Source of the DNA: Tilletiaria anomala UBC 951
Taxonomy: Eukaryota
Reading direction: 5' to 3'
DNA: 20,000 nt
Assembly: GCF_000711695.1 (NCBI RefSeq)
Contig: NW_013547018.1
Location: 355,073-375,072 of the forward strand
Under the pieces are notes generated by a model. It saw nothing but the letters and a program-made list of their open reading frames with translations, was not told where the DNA came from and did no database searches. Below, in pieces: positions 10,811 through 20,000 of the stretch (the stretch's first letter is position 1; the number at the start of each line of letters is the position of its first letter). A program made the translations under genes and the position numbers.

Positions 10811-12308
10811 CTATTTTTCTGTTCGAACCGAATCAACATGAATTCGACGATACGCATGAGAGCTGGTAGGCCAAAGGGCACCGCAACGAGAGCCGACTCA
10901 CTCGAAAAACCTTTGAGCCATTTCGGTAAGGCTTTTGGATCCCGCTGTCCTGTCGCCTTCCCTGAATTTGCCGCGCTCCCGCTACCGCCGGCGGCATCGC
11001 TGCTGTGTCCTAAGGGTCGGTCAAAGGGCTTGGGTGGCGGCAAATCGGCGGCGGAGCAAAGCAGCTCAGCTTTGAGTGGTGCCGGGTAGGCATTGCCTAT
11101 CAATTGCCAACCAGGTGGATGGTGACAAGTTGGAGAGTGGGGAAGCAGACAGGTAGCAGATCGACAATCAGACAGGTAGCAGATCGACAATCAGACAAAT
11201 GGAAAGCAGTATCACCTTCCAGACAATACGCACTGTTCATGGCCGTATCTTCCCATCGCACATTGAGTACGGCAGCAGGCGCCAAGCCAAGCTCCACGAG
11301 ACCTTTCCCTCTAATCTTGGCATCGCTTTCGACGTAGTCTTTGCACGGCGGAGCAGTGTACAGTGTGAAACCCCCCTTCTTATTGTCTAGCACATCCTGC
11401 CGTACTGCCCCGCGCACAAAGGTGTAGACTTCATTGATGGAAGCGCTGGATGGGAAGCTTGACTCGATCTGTGTGCGGTCGGAGAAGCGGACGCGGATCT
11501 TTACCTACGCCAGCAGAAGTATGCAAGAAGCCAAGCAATTTTAGCGTCTCAACCATGCAGCGCCCCGAGGTGATATTATACAAATCCAAATTCATTCACG
11601 CACATATTCCCAAGTCCGTTTCTGCTTCCCGAGCATTGCCTCGGCCTTTTCGCGCATGGCCTTCGTCATCAACGGTGCGTCTGGACCGTGGCGCATCTGG
11701 ATGTGGTCCGCGAATGCCGCCTTTAGTTCCGCTGGTGTCGCCTTGGGCTCTTCTGTGGGTGGAGATGGGAGAGCTGTGTAATGGTTTGGAAGTGGAAGGC
11801 AGGGATGACTATCAGTCAGGATTTGAGCGTGCAAGTTGTTGAACAGACTGGTGACCGTGAATGATCCCTGACGAACCACCTTGTTCGTTGCTGATAGAAT
11901 TAATCATTGCGCCTGAATAACCAATGGTGGCTCGCTCGCAGATGGGGCTTCTATGCGCTCTACAGCTCGTATGCAACACTTATCGACGAAAGACTCACTC
12001 ATCGGCGCCAAGGAGTTGGGTGGTTTATACACCTTGACGGGGCGAGCGGACGGTCCAGATTCGGACGACTTTAACCCGGCAGGTGCTTGTTGCGCAATGC
12101 TGGCTTCTGCACCGTCAGCCTGTACTTGCGCTTGATCCTGTACTTCTATTGTTCTTGCTTGTCTTGAAGCGTGGGCTTCGGCGTGAGACGGATCAGCATG
12201 GGCATGGGCATGAGCCTGAGGATGAGCTTGCGCATCGGCTCCTCCTGCTGGCCACGGAGTTGGAGGTGCACCGGGAGGCGCGTCTGATGACGGTGCTGTC
12301 TGATCCAT
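10811..12308 (-). CDS. UBX-domain protein, TUG/ASPSCR1/Ubx4-like Cdc48 cofactor; exons 12308-11999, 11773-11604, 11504-11234, 11096-10902, 10818-10811 (~317 aa)
   Basis: The spliced product contains PLMTKAMREK, a UBX signature VKIRVRFSDRTQIESSFPSSASINEVYTFVR...FTLYTAPP...LVELGLAPAAVLNVRW, and the C-terminus PKWLKGFSKK. All four introns are GT-AG and phase-compatible. Confidence 0.85.
11146..11197. repeat. 23-bp tandem duplication (CAGACAGGTAGCAGATCGACAAT x2.3) in UBX gene intron 3
   Basis: Two perfect copies at 11146-11168 and 11169-11191, plus a partial CAGACA. Confidence 0.95.
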
Positions 12309-12846
12309 TTCGATGTCACACTCTCTCTAACCTAAGGGCAGCCCTACTTGCATAGCCAGACAAGTTCACGGTCCACCGCGTGCTATTATCATGACCGAGC
12401 AGGATATCAGCCTGGAGGTCGTACTTGTATGTGTTGATTGCGTGACCCCCCTTGAGAAGCGCCTTTAAGCAGGCCCCCTTTGCACCGAATCATGAATGCA
12501 CGCGACGATGGTGTTGCCCAGCCGATGTGACAACGACCACGAAACGTCATCTCACACTTGCACGTCCAAGGTCATCCACACCTCTCTGGCATCTACCTTA
12601 GCACCGAGCGCGGGTTGTGCGAGCAAGATGCTTCGCCGTCAGCTCGAGGAATGTAAGAGGAAGCCAGAAATATTCGCCGTATGAGGCGCACGCTTCCCCT
12701 CGACCGCGGTGCACGGATCTGTTCGCTTCCGGTATACCCCTCCTCGCACCAATGCCACGGACAGTTGGCTGATGTACCACCAGCAGTACCGGACCCCTTC
12801 ACCCGTGCCTTGTATCATTCATCAAGCGGAAGCCTCCAAAGGAAAG
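12309..12846. promoter_or_regulatory. Divergent promoter region between the UBX gene and the synaptojanin-like gene
   Basis: Head-to-head start codons are 538 bp apart. Confidence 0.45.
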
Positions 12847-15800
12847 ATGCACGTCTACCTGTGCGAGGCGCCAAGGGCGCTCGTGATAACGGGAAATGTG
12901 TCACAAGTCTCGTCCCAGGGCTTCGCATTGGTCGTATCCGCCGCAAACTCCAGCCAGGATGGCAACCGAAATGGGGCGAGTACCAGGTCCGCGGCCAAAG
13001 TCGCTGTTAAGCTGGTAGATCTCGAAGAAGTCCCTATTACTTCGATGAAAAGGTTGACGCAAACCGCCGCGGCTGGTTGCCTGGGTATCATGAACGCCGG
13101 GTCGGGTGAGTAACTTGGCAAGCGATATGACGTTAGTTAATTCTCTTTAGTCTGAGGATGGCTCGGCTGATCCCCCATAACCATCTAAAAGATATTTTCC
13201 TGGCCTGCGTCACCGCATCTTCAGAAGTGGGTGCCATTCGACCGCGTGAAGTAGTCATGCGAATAGGTTCCGTCTCATTCTTCTGCATCAATAAGTCATT
13301 ATGGGACAACACGGTCGTATCCGAATCCTCTCCTGACCATTTCAATGAATCAAGCGGCCCAAACACAAGCGAAGTCCAATCCAGCATCTACACCCACCCT
13401 TGCGCTGGGTTGCAGAAGTACATGAGCGGCGGCACGTTCTACTACGCCAAAGACCGCACGTTCGATCTTTCCACCCGCCTCGATGCTCGACTGGCAGCGA
13501 CGAATGATGTGGCCCGTGCTGAGCAACCGCATGGACTTTCCGAGTACGACAGTCGCTTCGTCTGGAATACATACATGCTCGAGTCTCTAATCGAGTATCG
13601 CTCGCGTCTCGTAGAGGAGGAGCGGGGCAACTTTGATGCAGGTGGCTTCCTCGTGCGTATGCAGAATCCCAGTTCCACAGCGAACATTGGCAGATGCTAA
13701 TGTTCTTCGCCTTGTGGGATTGCATCAGATGTGCGCCATTCAAGGCTACGTCGGCGTCCAATATCTCAGCGGGTATAGGTCTGCGTTAAGCTCTGACAAA
13801 TCGAGAGCGCAGAACAGCGTGGCGGTGATTAGTAGATTGAGCTGGAAACGGGCGGGGACTAGGTTTAACGCTCGTGGAATCGACGATGATGGGAACGTCG
13901 CGAACTTTGTCGAGGTGAATACTTCTCCCAAACACGAAGCTTGCGAACCGGGCATCAACCGAGCTGAAACGTAGCTATTCCTCAGTCTGAACTCATTTTC
14001 TGCCACGATGGCATCACGTACAGTCATGTGCAGCTGCGCGGTTCCGTACCGCTCTTTTGGGAGCAGGCCGGGATGCAAGCGATCAACACCAAGATCCAGA
14101 TCACCCGACCACAAGTCGCCTCGCAGCTGGCGTTTGACAGGCATTTTGCCGAGCTGATCTCACATTACTCGCACGTTCATGCGCTTAACTTGCTTGGCAC
14201 GCGCGACATCGAGACCGTCCTCACCGCCGCGTACTCGGATCACATGGAACAGACTTCGGCCGAGACAGTGCATGTCCTGCCGCCTGATGAAAGCCTGGCT
14301 AACGGGGCTGCTGACATGAAAGGGGATAGAGATGCGCTTGTGCTGCAAGGCGACGATGATCGAGTTGCCCTCAGCAACTTTGACTTCCACTCCACGTCTC
14401 GCGCGGTCGGAGGGATCGACGGCGTGCGCGGGCAGCTCAAGAACTTCACCGCAATCCAAGCCAAAACTGCCTCATTCGGGTTCACCATCATCGATCGAGA
14501 AGGCCACATACGCATGCGGCAGCTCGGCGTCTTTCGCACTAACTGCCTCGATTGCCTCGACAGGACCAATGTCGTGCAGGATTTCCTCTCGCAGTTTGCA
14601 CTGGACGCATTTCTCTCCCGTGCATCAGCCGCCAACTCAGACACGTTTGTTGGCTTTGCGAACCCATCCCATCATATCTGGAGCGCTTTTCGCTCACTAT
14701 GGGGATACAATGGGGACGCGCTCTCGCGCATCTACGCAGGCACCGGTGCACTCAACACGAGCTTTACAAAGACGGGAAAGAAGACGCTCGGTGGGATGCT
14801 GAGCAATGCGGTCAAGTCTGCTGCGCGCACGTACATTAACAACTTCCAAGACAAGGACAAGCAGAATGTCATCGACATGCTCCTTGGTCTCATGGCGAAC
14901 CAGCAGCCAGTTAAGATCGTCGATGTCGTACATGACGCCGTCGAAGAAGAGCTGTTGTCGAGGCTGGATGAGTTCTCAACTACCATAGAGATCTCTATCT
15001 TTACTGGAACGTGGAACCTCAACGCCCGCCCACCCGGCGATGCCCTCGACACTTGGCTGTTTCCCGACCCTCGCGCGTCTCCTGACGTTTACGTGATCGG
15101 CTTTCAGGAGATTGTCGAGCTGACGCCCCAGCAAATTCTGATGACCGATCCGACGAAGAAGAAAGTATGGGAAGGCGCTATTCTCGATGCCTTCGCAAGG
15201 CGCAGCAGCGCAGAAAAGGCGCCACGATATGTGCTCATACGCAGCGAACAGCTTGTCGGCACCGCGCTTATCGTACTCGTCAAAGAGGACTTGCTGCCTG
15301 CTTTGCGCGGTGTGGAGGCGGCGACAAAGAAGACAGGCTTGAAAGGCATGAGCGGCAATAAGGGGGGTGTTGGTGTCCGGTTGACGTGCTACGATTCTAG
15401 CATCTGCTTTGTCACCGCCCACTTCGCTGCGGGCCATTCAAACGTTGAAGAACGTAATGCCGACTACTGGACAATCTCGCAAGGCCTCGTCTTCACGCGC
15501 GGCAAGAGCATCCCATTGCACGACCTCGTCATCTGGCTTGGCGACTTTAACTACCGCATCGATCTGCCCAACGAGCACGCGAGGCAACTAGCCGCCAACG
15601 ACGATTACGACGCGCTGTACGCGCATGACCAGCTTGCAACCAGCCGAGACAACGGCTCCGTCTTTCCCGGCTACGAAGAGGGGCCGCTACTCTTCCGCCC
15701 AACTTACAAATACGACAATGGGCGCGACACGTATGACAGCTCCGAAAAGCAGCGCGTCCCCGCTTGGACGGATCGCGTACTGTATCGCCCAGACAACCTC

Positions 15801-16190
15801 AAGCAACGTGCATACGGGCGTGCAGAGCTCAAAGCTAGCGATCATCGCCCCGTCTTTGCTCTCTTTAGCGGCGAAGTACGTTCGATTGATCATGCAAAGC
15901 GCATGCGTCTGTACGACGAGTTGCTCGAATGCAAGGCGCCAGAACGAAAAAGGCCAATAGCTCTTTCCGCACCTTTGAGGCCACTTGATGTCGGAGATCC
16001 TGGGCTGCCATACCCGTCCAGTAATGACTACCACTGGTGGGACGATTCGGCTTCGTCAGAAGACGACGAAGCAGAACCAACGCAATCTCGTCGAGCGCCG
16101 CTGCTTCGGCCAGCAGGTGAAAGGGGCATGACGAGTGCAGCTCGACGACCACCTCCGGCACGTCCGGCTCGGTACATAGAAGACAAATGA
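12847..16190 (+). CDS. Synaptojanin-like phosphoinositide phosphatase (SAC1 + inositol polyphosphate 5-phosphatase domains; Inp52/Inp53/Syj1 type); exons 12847-13105, 13192-13652, 13729-13914, 13986-16190 (~1036 aa)
   Basis: SAC1 motifs: [41 protein letters not shown] and intact catalytic [12 protein letters not shown] (CX5R). 5-phosphatase motifs: [34 protein letters not shown]...[14 protein letters not shown]. Introns 13106-13191, 13653-13728 and 13915-13985 are phase-compatible. The start ATG at 12847 (MHVYL) is inferred. Confidence 0.95.
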
Positions 16191-16344
16191 TATTCTCTAA
16201 AAGCTATGGACGTGTATGCGTGTGTGCGATGCTTCTGTGCCTACAAATGCTAATGAAAGGGCGCAGTGCCCGAGTCACAACGGGAATGTGCAAGAAGTGC
16301 CGATGGCTAGTGATACAAATGCAGATGTGTGTCTGATGAGAATC

Positions 16345-19300
16345 TCAGTTGATATCCTCGTGCGTGAAGATCTCGGCACTTTGTGCCTCAGTATATCGGC
16401 TGAGCAGACTGCTCTGGCTGCCTTGGACATTGCCGGAGGACTTGTTTGTGTAGGCAGTGGCGTACATGTCTGCGGCTGAAATGGGTCCAGACGGGGCAGT
16501 AGAGCTCGACGACGTCTGCGCTCGGTCTGATGTAAGGCGCAGCTTTGGCGGCGGCTTGGCTGCTCGCATGGCTGCAGCAACCTCCGGAGCGAGCCAGAAT
16601 GTGTCCTCTTTGGCCGCAGCATCTTCGTGCGAGCTGTCATGTGAGCTGTCGGAAGGCGCAGGAGCGTAGGCTTTGTGTTGCTGCCGAGCCTCAGTTCGCC
16701 GCAGGTCATTCGTTGAGTTGCGCGGCGCTGCAATGTGCGCTGGCGACACATGTGTGGGTTGCTCGGCGTCAACCGGAGCAGGCGCGGGTGATGCTGGCAG
16801 ACCATCAAGGTGCTGGGACGGAGAAAGCGGCAGCGTTCCGTTGCCGGCTTTCCTCGTTGGCCGCACAACCGCGAAGCCTCTTTCACCATTTTCGGGTTCG
16901 GCTGGAGTAGACAGCTCGTCTTGCTGGTCGTGTTCTTGTTCTCGTCGCTTGCCTTTTGCTAATCTGAGACCGCTGAGCGTTGCGTTGATCTTCGCAAGCC
17001 CTGCCCACTGACGCGTCCTAAGCTCGCCACCAGCACCCCATTCTGCGACATCGTCTTCATCGCTGCTGCTGTCGTCGGACATGGCGATGCGGCGCCAGAA
17101 TACCCTCATCCCTCGCTTTTTGTGAGGCGCTTCCCCGTCGGTACCAGCTGCAGGCGCCCAACCGACCTCGTGCTGTGGCAGATGCTGGTGGTGCTGGTAC
17201 AGGTACTGCTGCTGTTGCGAGTTTGCCAGGCGACCAAAGGGCCCATTGGCCTGCGGGGACGGACGCGCATACGCGGTACCTGCGCTCGAAGGTGGCGGCA
17301 ACTGATAAGGCTGCTCGTCCGTCGCGCGGCCACCGCCGAGGCGGACGAAGCCCGTCGGCGGGGACGAAGCCGCAGGGTCGTATGGCTGGCTGCTACTGCT
17401 CGTCAGTTGCGACTGGCTGAGAGGTGTGGGAGGCATGGCGGACATGATGGTACCCTCGTCGTGCGCGTCTGCGCGCAGGTAGGCAGCGTACGTGCCAAAA
17501 TCCCGGTCGACGAGAAAAGAAGCGGTGCCAGCGCTGGTCGGAGCGGCAGTGGGGTCGGAGGAGCGCAGCGTGGAGCCGTGCAGGGGTGTGGACTGGGCGC
17601 TGTGCGCGAGCATGAGATTGTTCATGCTCGCCGTGGAGCTGTTGTGCGTTGTTGCCGCCCTCGAACGGCCCTTCTTGGCGTTGTGTTGAAGGGCTTTGTA
17701 CTTACGCCTGCGCACGCGACGGAGGGCCCCGCCGATGCCGCCGTTGCGGTGGGAGAGACGCTCGTCAAAGGTGACTTTGTACGCGATGCGGATGACCACC
17801 TCGGCGCACTTGGCGAGGAAGAGAAGAAGGAAGCCGACGATGACGATGGCCTGGATGAGGAGGATGACGTAGGTGAGCCACTGGCGCGCCTGGGTGCTCA
17901 GGTTGACGATCGGCGCGAGCAGCAGGACGAGGACGGCGGTGGTGATGCGCAAGACGCTCCAGAGGAAGCTGAGCGGGGCCATCATCGAGCCGTCGCCCCA
18001 GGGGAGCCAGAGGACGTAGGCGATGGCGAGCAAGATCTCGAGCACAAGGAAGATGATCGACTGCGCCGAGCCGCTGGCCTGGCCTGCGCCAACAACGACG
18101 CCGAGCACAAGCGAGTGGACAAATGAGACGGCTGCGAAGAGCTGCGAGCCCGGGTGGTAGTAGTTGTACAGCGGTCCGACGGAGAGAAGCAAGGCAGGGT
18201 CCGAGTACAGCTTGGTGGTGGTGTATTTGGAGATGCGCCAGAGGACGAATGCAGGGGAAAAGACGCTGAAAGCGGCGAAGGACAGCGCGGCGAGGACGAC
18301 GGTGCTGGTCGACCTGTCGGCGGCGTTGGAGAAGTGGTAGACGCTCAGGACTGTGAGCGGGAGATGGAAAAGGGTGAGCAGGCGGACGAGGTTGCCAAAA
18401 AGCGCTGCGCCGTGCATGCCGAACGCTGCAGATGCTTTGACCTTGAGGCGCTCCAACGGGTGATCCATGCCGCCCCTGCTGCAGCAGCCTCCTCCTGTGC
18501 CGCCTCCGCCACTGCCGCCATATTTTTCATCGGCCGTGTCGTCTACCTCGAGACCAGAAGAGTGGAGCGCTTCGCGGCGCGCGCGCACATGCAGGACGGC
18601 CGCCCAGAGGGCGTCTATGGCCCAGATGGTGGCACTCGCGGCGAGCAAGGCGGCGACGAGGAGGAGCCAGATGCCGGTGGAGATGCCAAAGACGTCGCGC
18701 TGGTCGAGGCCGACCATCTGGGCGTAGGCGTCGATGCCGTTTAGGGAACCGCGGAGGTTGAGGAAGGTGTTGGGGGTGGTACTGTTGATGAACAGCGGGC
18801 TGCTGACGTTGCTTGCGATCTGGGTCGAGATGCCGACGGCGTCGCTGGCGGGGAGGAACGCGTTGCTCGTCAGCGGATTCCACAGCGCGTGCACGCCGTC
18901 AGGCTGGACAAGCGTGACGTTCCCGAGCAGGGCAGCCCAGGCGGCCTGGCGGAAGAACGGGTAGGCGAACTCTGGCCACTGGACGCTGAGCATGGCGAGG
19001 AGCGCGACGAACTGGATGTGCAATAGCACATCCCAGCAGCTTGGTGTCGCAAAGCGCAGCAGTGCCGGGCTGCGCACGGCCGGCTCCCCCGCGAGGGCTG
19101 CGACGACGGTCGGCGCGAGTTTGTCCTTGACGAATGTGGGTGCGCCGCCGGGGCGCGCCTTGTTCTTGAACGCCTGTCGGCGCAGGCTGATCGCTGTTGC
19201 GACGCGCGCGGCGGCCGTGAGCACGAAGTACGCGGAGACGAGCGCGATGGGCAAGTACGCAAACAGGCTCCAGTACCACGCGCTGGGGTAGTACGGCGAG

Positions 19301-20000
19301 ACCTGCACGTCGATGCACGAGATCGTAAGTGGCGGACTCGATGAGTCTGAGATGCGGATCTTCGTCGAGAGCGTGCCGAGCGCATAGCTCGCGTCCATCG
19401 GCACGGACACGCCGAAAGCCACGTCGCCTGGGCCGTACGTGCACGATTGATACTGCCCCAGAAGCGGGTGCAACGGGTCAGGCCCCACTGGATAAAGGCG
19501 GTCGCAGATCGATTCGAGCTTGGTCTCGACAGGGAAGGTCAGAAAGCGTGTCTGCGTCTGGACAGAGCCTGAGAAAGCGCCATGTTCGTCTATCAGCATC
19601 ATCCTCAGGCAAACGATGCAGAGGGCATACACCGAGGTGGTTCACACAGTCGAACACTCACTGATGATGCCATTCGCCGTGGCGGAGGTGTTCGCGTCGA
19701 TGGCGCCTATGGCGACAATCTTGAGCTGTCCTGCGTACGGGTCGCGCGCGGGGTCCGCAACGTCGAGGTGGACATAGACGGCGCTGATGTTGATGCGCAT
19801 GTCCGTCGCGACAAACTGGTTGTTGGCGTCTCCACAGCCGGTAAAGTACGCGTCGGCAGTCTGGCGAAAGTGCCGCAAGGGCGAGACGGTGTTGTTCACG
19901 CCGGTCAACGGGCGCTGCAGCAGGAACGGCACCGCGGTCGAGGACAGGTTGAGCGTTGGGATTAGCGTTGAGAGCGGCGAGGCGACGGCAGCCCCATTGC
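16345..20000 (-). CDS. FLC/Pkd2-like (TRP-like, PF06011-type) multi-pass membrane protein with N-terminal ML-like luminal domain; 5' partial; exons >20000-19662 and 19568-16345
   Basis: Family motif LLHIQFVALLAMLSVQWPEFAYPFFRQAAWAALLGN, many transmembrane helices, GPLYNYY loop and a Cys-containing beta-rich N-terminal region. Intron 19569-19661 (GTGAGT donor, GCTGAT branch, CAG acceptor) joins the two frames. The frame is open to the window edge. Confidence 0.85.

Noticed and set aside
11146..11197. CRISPR-like direct repeats
   Set aside because: Head-to-tail copies with no spacers, inside a eukaryotic intron, with no cas genes.
17122..18744. Long plus-strand ORFs (334 aa and 196 aa) antisense to the FLC/TRP-like gene
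   Set aside because: Expected shadow ORFs from GC-rich codon usage over hydrophobic coding sequence; no recognisable motifs.
1..20000. Cryptic peroxisomal targeting by TGA-CTA stop readthrough, as known in Ustilago
   Set aside because: None of the seven predicted stop codons has the TGA CTA context.

Overview
This is gene-dense, GC-rich eukaryotic DNA with short GT-AG introns and CTRAC/CTRAT branch points. It is almost certainly fungal and probably basidiomycete; Ustilaginomycotina-like is an inference. Seven protein-coding genes were reconstructed by hand-splicing: (1) the 3' end of an unknown membrane protein (+, <1-521); (2) a Zn(II)2Cys6 transcription factor (-, 625-4281) whose frame is broken by one base, most likely at a C9 homopolymer; (3) QCR9, complex III subunit 9 (-, 5058-5862), with an unusually long, hairpin-rich 483-nt intron; (4) a ~1319-aa Ivy1-like I-BAR protein (+, 6525-10561) with a likely 3'UTR intron and a C-terminal Cys/His motif; (5) a TUG/Ubx4-like UBX protein (-, 10811-12308); (6) a synaptojanin-like SAC1 + 5-phosphatase (+, 12847-16190); (7) a 5'-truncated FLC/TRP-like membrane protein (-, 16345->20000). 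I saw no mobile elements, CRISPR arrays, tRNA or rRNA. It is mostly a housekeeping region with no clear novel multi-gene system. The best leads are the homopolymer frameshift in the transcription factor and the possible intron-hosted ncRNAs.
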